Source: Klebsormidium nitens
Lineage: Eukaryota > Plantae > Klebsormidiophyceae
NCBI GenBank assembly: GCA_000708835.1
Contig: DF237110.1
Span: forward strand, 62,001-126,000
DNA length: 64,000 bases
Direction: 5' to 3'
Positions 11,749 through 24,400 of the stretch are shown here, one piece after another. A model generated the notes under the pieces. That model had not been told where the DNA came from. It saw only the letters and a list, made by a program, of their open reading frames with translations, and searched no databases. Numbering within the stretch: the first letter of the stretch is position 1; the number at the start of each line of letters is the position of its first letter. A program made the translations under genes and the position numbers.

Positions 11749-12915
11749 GAACGAGACGACAGACGGAGACTCGAACTAATGGGCATGCAGTTTACAGCAA
11801 GCGAGTTGTAACCTTTCTTCCAGTCAGCGGGCATTAGAAGGTTTGGATAGTTTGATTGAATGTTTGGACAGTTTTGTGTGTCTGTAAGTAGGGCGTGCCA
11901 AACATTTTTGTAGAGTGATGTGAGCGTAAGTTTGTAGGTCTGTACATTATGTCAAAATGTAGAGCACAATCTTGCAAGACATCCGTCTTGCTTGCTTGAA
12001 ATTCATCTGCTTATATGCTTGTGATATTTACTCTCTCAACTCGGGACGGAATTGTGTACTACCAAAACTCCCGACGGTCGCTCATGTCTTCATGCTGCGT
12101 GCAATGCAAGCTAACATCCTGTTCTCTATCTTCATCTCGCGATCGGACCATTTGGCCAGAATGATTGGCTGAGGAAGGGTTATCCAATATTTCGCAATCA
12201 TGAAATTGAAGTGTCGGACATAGTGGATTATCGACAATGCTTTGCATGATTATGAAGCAAATTCATGATATTGAAACACAATAAACTGTAACTAATACCT
12301 TTTGTGAAAACATTCCAGTTGACGAGTTATATCGAAGCATACAATTAACGATCAGATATAATGGGGAATGCAAACACTCAAAGAATACTTGAGTATATAT
12401 TACAGGAAAAGTGAGGCCGCGCATACCAACTTGCCTTGTGGAAAAAATATATCGATTGAGCTGCAATCGAGTGCCATGGGGCTGCGCAGCTTGAGGGCAA
12501 ACCTTTCAAACTGAAGTCTGGCGGCAAATACTTTGGTTGCAAACGTTACCCCGAATCTGCGATCAAAATTAAGACGCATAATCCTCCACGTGAAATCTGT
12601 AATGCTGATCCTCACCTGCTCACATGCATTGACAAGGACGCGTAGGAGGAGTCGTTAGCTGTTCGCTACGCATTTTGATTGGTTAACCTGTCCAATCCAT
12701 CGTCAAGATCCCTGCCATTCGAAATTCTGGAAGACCAAAGCTTCTAAAGTCCCAGGACTTGCAGTCACGACTATATCTCTGATCTCAAGATCAGTCTACG
12801 TCCGTTTTGCCTTCAATATGTACAAGTCCGCACTTTGAAAAGGACTGTTCGCACACCTTTTGCACTAATATTTACCTTCCTCTCTATCCTCAACGACTTT
12901 CTAGGCCCGACCGTT

Positions 12916-15900
12916 TCAGAACGATTTTTCGAGCTTTTCCAAAATGATGGGCAATCCGTGTCCGGGCTTCATTGTGATATACATCACCGGAGCGTGCCGG
13001 TATCCGGGCGCCAGTCGCAAGGAGAAAGTCCGCAGCATCTTGACGAGGATCAGCTTGGCCTCCGTCAGCGCAAAGTTCTGCAAGCACCGGAGATGCCAGA
13101 TCGTTTGGTACTCTTCGTGCATGTTAGAAATACTCTCTCTGAATATACGTCAGCCCTTTGCAACTTTTCTTCGAGTCGGTCGATCCACCTGAGTGATCCC
13201 CAAAGGGCCCAAACATTGTACCTCAAACATTTGCGGCCGACATAATGCCCACGCGCAGGAAAAAGTGGGCGGCTCAAAAGCCGGGGCAAAAATTAGAATC
13301 TGCTGCGTCGCCCAAATCTGGTCCGTCCTCTCACCGTCGCTCCAAACAAGCAAAGGAGATGAAGACTTGAAAGTACTTCCCCTTAGCAAGGACAGGCGGA
13401 GTCAATCTTGACAGCAAACGAAGAATTGAATCGTCGCCTAACGTCGGACAGGGCTTGGTATCGAACACAAGGACCTCAATGCCACGAGGAAGGGGAGATC
13501 CGTTTCCTTAAACGACGTATCAACCTTTTCCAATCGACAGGGCTCGAAAAAGAAAAACCCAACCTGTGGACCTTAACGCCTCTGAGCATTCAAGCCCTGT
13601 TTGCAGTCGCCAGCAACTAGGAATATGAGGAAGCACTTGCCTGACCAATGCAATTACGTGGCCCGGCTGAGAAGGGTAGGAACGCCATTGGGTGCTTGGA
13701 GGCGGCGGTTATCCCGTTGGCAAATCTGTACGTAAGAGACCAAAGATGAACTTTGTGACTGAATTCAACATCCGTTGAAAACCAACTGGGGGCTTTTTTA
13801 AAGGGTCTGGGAACCTCTTCAGGGAACTCACTCGCAAGCGACGGAGCCTTCGAGACCATGTTCGGACAGACGTCGATAGAAAGGAGTTTTGAAGAATTCA
13901 GCTGATGCTCGTTTGACGACGGACATCGCCGGCAAGCGTAGTGCCACAAAAAGGGACGACCGCACAGTTACAGATGAGTCACTAGCCAGCCGCAAGGTTG
14001 CGTCCATCTTCACCACAAAGCATCGGACACATTCTCACTTCTAAAGCACAAATGTTCCTTTCCAGGCGTAAAATCCGACGAAGTATACGAGTCCCTCGAC
14101 CATGCGCACTCGGATTTGACCACAATTATCCCGAAATGTTTGACGAAAGAAACAAAGGAGCATTCTATTGTCATCGTCAGATCTCGACTTATGTGATGAA
14201 CAGACGACTGTAAACGAAGTCAACCTTAGCATTCCCACCTCTCTGGTCGGAAGGTCATGGCGTCTTCGCCCCACAGCGCTTTCCTCGTTTGCATCGGATA
14301 CGCCATCATGCTGATCTCAGTGCCACGTGGCAGTTTGTAACCCGCCACCTGCGATCACAGACAACGACAACTTTCTCAACTTTCTCATTCTAAATTGCAC
14401 GTCGATCCACGGCTTATTTGAAGCCTCGTCGCTTCCAAAAATGCTCCCGAACTCAACAACTTATTTCCTCGATGGAATGCTGATCGCTACCCACCTCCAA
14501 AAGCACCCGCCTGCAGATCTTTACACTCTCAATTTTTGAAGTAACGTACCCACTCTCTCAAAAATTGACCCTCTTCAACTACGCATATACGGCATAGTAT
14601 ACCATCCCTATTAGGGAGACATAGTAACCAGGACAGCCGTGAGGTTGCCTAAACGTGGGCCCGTTATAGGCGTCCAAAGTAGTGACCTATTTTCAATACA
14701 TTCCAAAGGTTACGTCTGTCCTAGTGGGGTTTCCCACAATCCAATCCACAGCAGCAACCAAACGGCCCCGCAACCTTGCCGCAAATGCCGGAAGCCTACC
14801 TCCGTACCCTTCACAGCGACACGGCCCATCATTGGCACTGGCAGGAAGAGGGGCACGCTCTCCGTTGATTCAACCGTGAAACCTTTGGAAAGGGGTCCAC
14901 AAAATCGGCCGTGAAAAGCGGGAGCTTACCTTCGTGTCTTGAACGGCGCTGCGGCCCATCTTGGGGCGCTGACGAAATAAGCGGAGGCTGGAAACCAGGA
15001 GCACATCTGAAAAGGATTCCGCGAATCTCGCCGTAAAACCCGGAAGCTTACCCCCGTGTCTTGCGCGGCAACGCGGCCCATTATTGGCACTGGCGGGAAG
15101 AGGCGCAGATATAAACTTCAAAACTCATGACGGCACCAGTTCACAAAACTTCGCAAAAGCGGCCGTATGACCCGGAGGCTTGCCTCGGTGTCTTGCACGG
15201 CGACGCGGCTTATTATTGGCACGGGCGGGAGGAGGCGCAGGCTCTCGTACAGAATACACTGCAGCAGCCGCAGCTTGTGCAGTTCTTCGTACGGAAGCTC
15301 GTCCCGCCCCGCCAACACCTCGATAACCTGCGGGCAGGAAAAGTTGTGATGCTGATGTCACGTTAATGACGTGCATTGACGTCATCGGACCGCCACGTCA
15401 CCATGGCCCCCACGAAGACAGCCCGTGCCGGTATTGTAGTTGTGAACGAGAAGCTGGGCATGTCAAGCTGTAGACTCAACCATTGTTGTGAGACTCCACG
15501 GCAGAGCTGATACCATTAGTTCACGTAGCAAATCTCAACAAATTGCAAGTAACGATGATCAGTGAACAAGGGCCCGTGCTTAAAACCCATTGAATACTTA
15601 CATGTTGCTCCTTGCAAATGCTGATTTCCAGTATCCTTTTTCTGAGATGTCAGCAGAATCAACACCAGGGAACAATGACTGCTGTCCACGTCGGTTTCCA
15701 GAAGTAATCAAGAGGCTTTCGGTCCCCCAGTAGAAAGAAAGATCTGTGTCCGTCAGATTGAGGAACCCCGAGGTGAAAGCGTACCTCGTCCCGGGCGCGC
15801 CCGCAGTACTCGGGGTGCTTCGTCACGAGGTACATCGTCCACGTCAGCAGGATGGCCGTCGTCTCGTGGCCGGCCAGCAGGAACGTCATGCACTCGTCCA

Positions 15901-18900
15901 ACTGCGCGAGGCGGCCGGCAGGGTTCAAGTACGGAGGTTCCGTCAAGATTGTTTGAGAAACGGGTGATTTGGTGGGTTTTTGGAGTTGGAAACAGACTGG
16001 ACGGACCGAAGTCTGGTCTCGAGCGTTTTCGAAACGGCTGGAGGAGACACCCGTCGTGGAAGAACAAGGAGCGACAACTAGGTGAGGCAACCAGCTCAGA
16101 GCGAATGGAAACTCCAGAGCTCCCAGGAAGACCTCATCAAATTCTAGTGTGGATTTGTACAGAGAGCCCTTTCCAAGCATGCGCGATGAGCACTTCAATT
16201 CTCCCTCGAGACTCGTTGGGTAACGCGTATGGCTCCCAAACTTTTGCGAAGGCTAGACCCCAACCCCGGAATCGACTGGGAAACAAGGGTCGGTCCACGG
16301 CATTTTCATTTTCATTCGGTCTACAGCAAGACACTCGAAGTGGAGAAAACGAACGGTGAAAAGCAGTTCCTCGTGTTATGGCCTTGATGCCCAGCAGAAT
16401 GTCTTTAGCGCTAGCTACCTGCGGTAAAGTACAGCAATAATCCTCCCCTGAAACAACCTTGTGCAAGAAAGAAAGCCAAGTTTAAGACAGCAAAGACACC
16501 CAAACCAAAGCAGTGGCCTCACCAATTGCAACGGATTTAAACGGAAGCTATGAAAGGCCTGCGCCCTCACCAGAAAAAAGGTACAATACAGGAATAGTAA
16601 GATCACCAGGCCTGGGACGGGTAGGTTTAGTTTGGGGGTTTAGGGTGGGTACGGGCACGGAGCAGGTACCTGTTATATGAATGTTTGGGTTTGAGCTAAC
16701 TATACCTTAAGCTTACTATTTCTAAAGTGGCGCGACATGCTCACCAGTTGCTGGTCCGTCATGCCCTTGCCGGCCGTCCCGTCCGCTTGGTCATCCTGCG
16801 CCGCCAGCATCAGCCCCAGCAGGTCCTCCTTCCCTGCGCCCCGATCGCGCTCCGCGCGCCGTGCCTGGATCAGCCGCAGCCCCATGTCGCGCAGCGTCCG
16901 CTCGCGCCGCCAGATGCTGCGGTTGTCGGGCGTCGGCAAAAGGCTGCAGAAAAGGGACACAAGCTAAGGTTCTGGAAAGGTGGATCCAGACGAGGATTTC
17001 GATTGCCTAAGCGCGCCTGGATCAGCCGCAGCCCCATCTTGAGAAACGCCCTCTCACGCCGCCAGATGCTGCGGTTGTCAGGTGTTGGCAAAAAACTGCA
17101 AAAACAGGGAGTGAAATGGGGATTGTAAATCAGATCACCCGCACAAAAGTGTGGACCAGCACAACGGGGAACCTTGTTTTTTCCAGCTCGTATTAGGGCC
17201 AAACAAATAAAGACAGCTCGTACGTGAGCCAAACCATATTTGGCAGCCTCAGAAGTGGGTGCACGTTTTGAAAACGAGCGCGCCGTCCGGTTAGTCTTTC
17301 AGTCGAGGAAATGGGCCAGCAGCGAACGTCATTTTGAATCACGATAAACAACATGATTTCCTGCTTTGAACAGCCTTCAAATCCAGAAAATGTCCTCACT
17401 TCTACAGGCTCAAAGCTGTACCCCGGATTCGAAGACGAGGTCTGCTCGACACGATTCAAGAATGTTGTCGGTACTGTCTTTCCGAACGTTCAAAAACCTT
17501 GCTCAAAGCGGGCGCGTCTAGACACCAGGAGCTTTGAAGTATTATTGCAGATGCTGCCTATGATGATTACGGGATAATTACATCTTCAAACCCGGCCACA
17601 GCTAGGATCCAAACCCGTTATCATTCCTAACAAGCAACAAACACTTAGCTGACGGAGGGTGACCCGGAAGAAGAAGTCATGAGGAGTTCTGTGAGCGACT
17701 CGAAATGCTTATCGAAGCAGGTCAGAAAGCACCCAACTCCTTACCTGTATCCCGGAATGAATACGACCCCGCTGAAAATTCTCGCAACCTTATCCTCCAC
17801 AAGACGGTTCAGGCCCGTGTAGACTTCGTCGGACACTTTGTCGGACACCGCGTCCCCGGACCCGAACGCCGCCCGTCCGACGACGTCCAGCGTCAATTTC
17901 GCAAACTCGCGCTGCATGTCGAGCTCGACGGGGCCGCCCTCGAGCTTCGCACACCAGCGCGCCGCGGCCTCGTCGGCGCATCGCATCATGACGTCAGTCA
18001 TCGCCTGCGGTCAGGTTCTGAGTGAGATTTCCGAAATTTTTGTAAGAAGGAAAAAGAGCATGAGGTCGACCTGCTTTTGTCTTCTTCCCTCTTTTCGATT
18101 TTTGCGTTGTATTTTTGTGCGCCTCTAGGCTTATTATACTCGAGGACGTGGTCCAAACAAGTTGGAGATAAATGACCTCGTAAATGTCTGCACCAGCGCG
18201 CGGCGGCCTCGTCGGCGCATCACATCATGACGTCAGTCATCGCCTGCGGTCAGGTCCTGAGTGAGAACTCCGAAATTACAGTACAACGAGGAAAATAGCT
18301 CGAGGACGTGGTCCAAAGAAATTGGAGATTAATGACCTCGAGAATCTGCACCAGTGCGTGGCGACCTCGACGGCGCATCACATCCTGACGTCAGTCATTG
18401 CCTGCGGTCAAACTTGAGGTGAGAACTCTGGACTTACAGTATAAGCAGAAAACCACTTTGAGGACGTGGTCAAAGATACAGTCGAGAGAGAACAACTTGA
18501 AATCTCTGCATCAGCGCGTCAAGGCCTATTAGAGCATCAAATGATGTTGTAAGGATCTTAGGCTTTCAAGTTAATAACATTTTAAATCTCATAACTCAAA
18601 AAGCAAATGGATGGGCACCAAATGCTGATCAATAGGGCAAATACTGACGGTGATTCGAAATCTGTTGGGAGTGTCAAACCATAGCTTCTCCTCAGACTGG
18701 GAATGGGACTGGTCAGAGCTATCAGAAAGGTCATCCTATTGAAACAGAGTAGTTTTCAGGGGGGTCATACAAGCCCCTCTCATGCATACCTGGTGATGCT
18801 CAAGGGTTTGGATCCAGATGCAACGGCACTAGCATCCCATATTTGCCAAGGGTTTGATGCATAAGGTTGTGGGACAGGCAATCAGAAGGAGACAAGACGG

Positions 18901-19740
18901 CATGGACTGCACAAACCAACAACGTCCAAACCTCAAACGTCAGGACACAACAGGAAAAAGGCCAACCATCACAGGGTTTAGAAAAGAGGCAATTAAGACA
19001 GCCCCATCGGGACTTCAAGGAGTCAGTACCTTTATCTTTGAATGACTGAAGGCAGGAGTAATCATCTTTCGCTGCCGCTCCCATGTGGCCCCCTCGGAGA
19101 AGACAAGGCCGTTTCCCAGCACACTCAGCAGCCTCCGCGCGAATGGCGTCTTCTCAAAGCTTCGCGCTTTTGTGACCAGGACCTCCTTGATTGCGGAGGG
19201 GTCCGTCAGCACCACCCGGATGTTGGTCCCCAATTGAGACAGATAAACCGTCCCGTACTTGGCTTCTGCTTCTATTGCTTGAGGAAAGACAAGCGCTGCG
19301 TACTCTGGATCCCTCTTCTTTCTCTGGACATACGCCCTCATCTCCGGAAGTTGCCCGACGAACGGCCGGAAGGCAACGCCCTTGAGACCCTGCTTCTTGA
19401 GGAAGCGATACACCATGTACGGCTTTATTAGGCTCGTATACAGGAACCAAGACACGGCTAGAGTCAAACCAGTGAGCGCAGAGGCGCCACACGCAACCAC
19501 CATCTGTCGCCGCTGCGCACCATCGAATTGGTCCACCCAGCTGCTGCTTTTGCTATGAACATGGTGCAGAGTCTGCTCTATCCAATCCTGCACTGCATAG
19601 AAGATGGCCGGTGCGCGCAGCTGGGGACCATCGTGCGTCAGCAGAAGCTCTTGCGCTAAGAAGACAAGGAGAACCACTGCAGCTGCGACGATTGCTGCAC
19701 GGACGAGAGCTAAGAACCAGAGCATGAAGTCCCCCTCCAT
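12916..19740 (-). CDS. Cytochrome P450, probably CYP72 clan, 8 exons, about 595 aa
   Basis: Exons 19740-19030, 18004-17745, 16943-16745, 15901-15785, 15327-15184, 14348-14239, 13725-13641 and 13077-12916, total 1788 nt in frame. Motifs: GLVFSEGATW, I-helix AGHETT, K-helix ESLR, FRPERF and heme-binding FSAGPRNCIG. Clan assignment is from recalled family similarity. Confidence 0.93.
14790..15115 (-). repeat. Three degenerate tandem copies (122-132 bp period) of the P450 exon 5 3' end plus donor site
   Basis: Pseudo-exon ends at 15052, 14930 and 14800, each followed by GTAAGC or GTAGGC. They resemble the true ...GTGCAAGACACCGAG|gcaagc junction at 15184. Confidence 0.85.
17010..17105 (-). repeat. 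Degenerate copy of the P450 exon 3 acceptor plus first 90 nt
   Basis: tgcag|TTTTTTGCCAACACCTGACAACCGCAGCATCTGGCGG... at 17095, versus the true tgcag|CCTTTTGCCGACGCCCGACAACCGCAGCATCTGGCGG at 16943. Confidence 0.9.
18140..18550 (-). repeat. Three tandem copies (about 160 bp unit) of the P450 exon 2 acceptor plus first about 55 nt
   Basis: Pseudo-exon starts at 18243 and 18401, with a decayed third copy near 18507-18550. The unit marker GAGGACGTGGTC occurs at about 18142, 18302 and 18460. Confidence 0.9.
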
Positions 19741-21400
19741 GGCAGCTTCGAATGGATTTTAGGGCAGCAACAGAATTTGATATAGCGCCCTCGACCTTGA
19801 CAATAATTTTAGACTCCGCTGTGCTGCATGCCCTGCCCTCAGTGCCTCAGTGGCGACTTTCCGAGCGGAGTTTCTCTACTTTTCCAGCGCAATGCCAAGA
19901 CTCTTGGCAAATGGCAAGAGCAGAGACTTCGCCACATATTATACGTCTTTGCAGACTTTGGACCCTGCATGTCTAGAAAAGCTCAGACAAAAACCCTAAA
20001 ACCGTCGACTTGAGGCGGAAAAGCTCTTGTTCTGAAGCTGGATAAAGAAAGCGGCTCTTGTATGCCCCACAAACAGAAGTCTGTGTCAATCCCGAAAATA
20101 TTTTCACGTACCACCTGTCGCGTTTGGTTGGTTTTGTTAGATTATAACACATCTTTGACTGTAGACCGCATTCTGAACAAGTATATTGGCACAGCGTAGC
20201 ACGTGGCACTACAGCGTGAATTTAGCGATTGATGGACTCACAAATTTTCGACGCCCCGTCCGCTTCGGTCCCATAAAATATGCAAACGCACGTTGGCTTC
20301 CCGCGCGGAGCCATTTCCGGAAGAGGTGCCGGGCGCAATAAATGGCCCGGCAACCCAAGAGGCGCCGCCAGAAAATTCAAAATTCTCAACGTGCTCCAGC
20401 AGAGTCGTTCGTGACGGTCTGGGTCTGGGCCTGGGCTGATGCTGCAGGATGGACTTGAAAGTTTGGAAGTGGAACTTGAAGAAGGGGAATGCATTCCTGA
20501 GCTGGTAACCTTCAGCTTGGGTCGTTGTTTGGTCCAGGGAGCAACTTCTGGACAAACAATTGCAAATTTGCACTTGAAGGTGCTGCTTGTGCTGAGGCCA
20601 CAGCCGCTCAATTGAATCTGCAGGCTCGTATACTCGTGGGGCTGGTTTGCATCTCACAACAATTATGGAATTGAGTGGCGTTTGAGGACGGTGGCAAACA
20701 AGTCATTTGCCAGGCTGCAGGTGAGATGCATTCTCAGGATGATGTCTGCTGCACAATCAGGAATCTGTTCCAGCAATGTCTACTGTTCAAGAGAATAGCA
20801 AGCAGATGGCACATTGCGCAGGGTCTCACTCTTCTGATTGCGTGCATTGGCATGTCTGTTGAGGGTTTTCTCAAGTACGTGGTGTATTATGTCTTGACCT
20901 CTTCCTTTTGAGAAACAACACTGGGCAATGCAGCACATGCAATGTTGTCAGAGCCACTGTATGCATCAAAAAGACTGTCAACTTGAAGCAATTGGAGAGC
21001 AATTGAGGGCAATCAAGCGTATGATTCACTTGTCTTTTCTTTTTCTCATTGTTATTTCTGTCATACTTTTCCCCCTTCATTAACATATCTGTTGGAAGAT
21101 CATGCGGAAAGGAGTTTTGGAAGCAACTATGGCAGGCAAGCTAACAGTGTACTTCCCGCAGCAAACATGGTAAAGGAGCAGCATTCTAAATGGTTACACA
21201 AGCAGGACTTCATTCATTCATCTAAGTTTGTCTTTTGACTTGCTGCACCTGTGCGGTTGTCGTTTTACAATGTTCCGATAAGCGGTCTTTGCTGCTTCAT
21301 ATTACCCAAGGAAGCTGCCAATTGCATATAATCAGGGGCTGTTACAAACTTGAGGCTGGCTCTTCTGTTCCTGCAGCCTTCCTGACACAAGCCAGCAACC

Positions 21401-24400
21401 ATGTCGCTCTTCAAAAAGAAATCCAAGACAAAGGAGGCGCCCCTCCCTAGGTCGTCCTCTGGCTCCGCCTACTATCTCAGCAGGCGAGAGATCAGCGGAC
21501 TCATGGAGAGCTCCAGCACGCCCGCTGACCGGGCGGACCATCAGATCGCCACCGTGGATAGGATTGTTGAGGCTGATGACAATGCAAGGCCAAATCTCCT
21601 GGTGCGGAGTATCTCGTCAGGGCCAGGGGAAACTAGGGGCGAGCTCGAAACGGCGCAGGGCACGTTCATGTTCAGTCCTGAGGGCTTGCAGCTACTCAGA
21701 GCAAATGTGGTGAAGGCGGCGGAGCCTGATCCTCCTAGAAGCCTGGAAGGCCGTTTGGCTGAAGCGACGAACACCCCTGATGAGGGGGCACTGTTTCCCT
21801 CTGCTTTGCAAGAGGGGGGTGGAGTGGTGCAGGCAATGCAGCCCCCCGATGCACGAGCGGTGCCAGAAGCAGTGACCCCAAACCCTGCGCCACAACCACC
21901 GATTGATGACAAGGGGGGTAGAGCGCCGTCTGATGCAAAGGCGGATCTTCTGGCTGAGGCAGTGAGCCCCGACACCCTGGACAGCATGCTCCTGGAAGCG
22001 GGCCAGGAGAGCAAAGCTGAGCCCCCAAGAAGGACCCTGTTCTCGATCCCAGTCAAGCAGGGACCACCTCATGATGTCAGCATGGACCCCCCGAGCCCCG
22101 GGGTCGCAGCAGCATTGCGCCTGCAGGTGAGCTGATATCCTTTGCCCTGGTGGAAGTTCTCTTTAAAATGGGTGCAATGTGTGGTTACAGATATTAGGAA
22201 GCGGTGGATATGACTGCCATAAGGTGACAGTCAGCAGTGTGAGAGCAGTTCATGCTTGGCTTTGGGGCTTCAGCTTTAAAACTTTCTCCTCTTCGGCGAA
22301 TGGCTGTGCATGGAAATCTGGGAGAAGCAGAAGTAAATGCTTCTGACGACTTCTCCTGTGCCATGTGGCTTCTATTGATTGATTCCAGCTAGTTGTGAAC
22401 TCCAAGATAGAGATAAAAAGAAAGCTCAACCACACCATTCTCCAGCAGATCTACCAGAAACATGTCCAAGATAGTGATTGTTAGCAGCAGTTTGATCATT
22501 ACTGAGATACTACACAAATTTTTTGACCAGCAACAAGACAATGCCCCTTGTTCACATGTTGGCTTCTAAGCAAACCACTCCACCTTGTTTCTTGTCAAGG
22601 GTGGTTGGAGTTGGCGCTCAAACAAGCAGCTGCAGCGTGATGCAGATTTGGTGATATCATGAGAGTTGTTCCAGCTGCTTAACGGGATAAAGCATCAGAT
22701 AAGGGTCCATGTTTATAAGCCCGAGGTTAATCAGTCAGCAGTTTTCACCCTTGATCACATATTGCTCTTTGAAAACCTCATAATCAGGAGGCTGCATAAG
22801 AAGCACTAGAGGCCCTGCTTTTGCCAGCTGGCAGACTATTAGCTGCTCACCTTGATATGGATTGTGAGAAGCTTCAGATAGAGGTAGGGCTCACCGCTCG
22901 AGTGTAACTGCATGTCAATGTGGTCACCTCAAAAGCTATTTTGATGACTGCCTGTCTTTCTTCCCCATCAATCTCCTGTCCAAATTAACAGTGGGAGGCA
23001 AAACACCAATGCTGTCTGCGGCTTGGGCCTGCAAGACATGTCCGGTTTCCCCTTGACCCCTGTTCTTAAAGCCACTGGAAATGAGCCTTGTCATTTTGCT
23101 GAGCCCTCCTAGGAAAAGGCACCTTTGATGCTAAATCACTCTTTGCCAAAACTCGTTTCCTGCTTTACGATCATCGTCTTCCTACTGACATCATCCCAAA
23201 GCTCTCAAATGGAGCGAGACACAAGCTTCAACCTCGTCCGTTCCAGCTATGAGGGGATCAAAAGCCTCACGAGGTCCAGTACCCCGTCCGCTGACCTCCT
23301 CCGCAACCTGCGGCGCAGCGAGGGCCAGACCTGCTGGAAACTGGCCATTTGCTCGTCAAGCTGCCACCGTAGGTCATGGCCTAACCCACTAGAGTTGATT
23401 TCCCCCCCACAGAAACTGGACCAGCTGCGCAGCCTCCGCCGCAACGCCGAGGGCCTCTGCACGAAGCTCTACACGCTGTGCCGTCTCTGTGCATTTGGGC
23501 CCCCCGACCCGGGGGGTGCCAGAATGGCATCTCCCAAGGGGGGGGCGATCAGTGTGGATTCCTTCCTCTTTGGCGGGGGGCAGATCCTGCCTGAGCACCC
23601 GAAGCTGAGAGCACTCCTGGTGAAGAGGTTTCCGGAGCATCCCCGGATGTTGAATCTGGACAAGGTGGACCGCTCGGCGACGGAGGCGCTGTTTGCGGCG
23701 TCGGGGTCGATCCAGAGGGCCTTGGAGCCTTGGTGTCAGGTAGCTACAGCTGGCTTATACTTGTTGATCCTAAAAGGCTTGCTATGTAGCGATGGTTGTC
23801 TTGGCATGTCCTGTCCCTTGCTGCAAGAAATTCAGAAACGCTAGGTTGTTGACGCGTGGGTCTCTCATCCCTGTGTTAACCCAAGGGGGGCGAAACTGTC
23901 ACAACATGCAACGCGCAGAGTGCATTGTCATCAATAATCATGGATAAAGCAGTTCATCTTGAGATGTTGCTGCCTCATGCAATACACCAAGGATGATCCA
24001 AGGATAGCGCTTCTTGTTGGAGGACGTCGCAAAGCAACCCACTCTCTTGACAAGAAACCCAATGCTGCCTACCTTTTCCAAGCACTCTGAGGACTTTTTG
24101 TGAGCATGTTCTTGTTCTCTATGTTCCTTCTTCATGTTCCGTAAACCACTCATAGGCCTAATCTCCGCTTTCTCTGTCCAGGTTCTGGTCGATCTCATGA
24201 CCTTCACTGAGCAGTCCATCGTACTACTGGACGAGCTGAGCAGGAGACTGATCGCCCTCTCCCCCGACAGCAACGCCCTCGTCATGGAGGCGTTTCTGGA
24301 CCTGTTTGTGGCGGTGGTACGGGTCAACATGCTGGCCGGTAGGGTGAGTGGTTTGAACTCCTTTTCAATATTAAACATCGGACTTCATCTTTCCTCGTTC

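Noticed and set aside
14790-18550. CRISPR-like or mutually exclusive exon interpretation of the periodic P450 intron repeats
   Set aside because: The units are copies of the host exon junction with no unique spacers or cas genes, and each copy has only one splice site, so they are not complete alternative exons.
19991-19999. Telo-box-like AAACCCTAA (also 6012-6019 and 55298-55307)
   Set aside because: Isolated 8-9-mers. Similar CCCTAA(C) strings recur near intron 3' ends as probable branch sites, so regulatory meaning cannot be supported.
20238-20657. 139-aa - strand ORF with PRPRPRP
   Set aside because: Lies in the divergent promoter or 5' UTR region between the P450 and NAP1, starts at a non-ATG codon, and has no domain signal.
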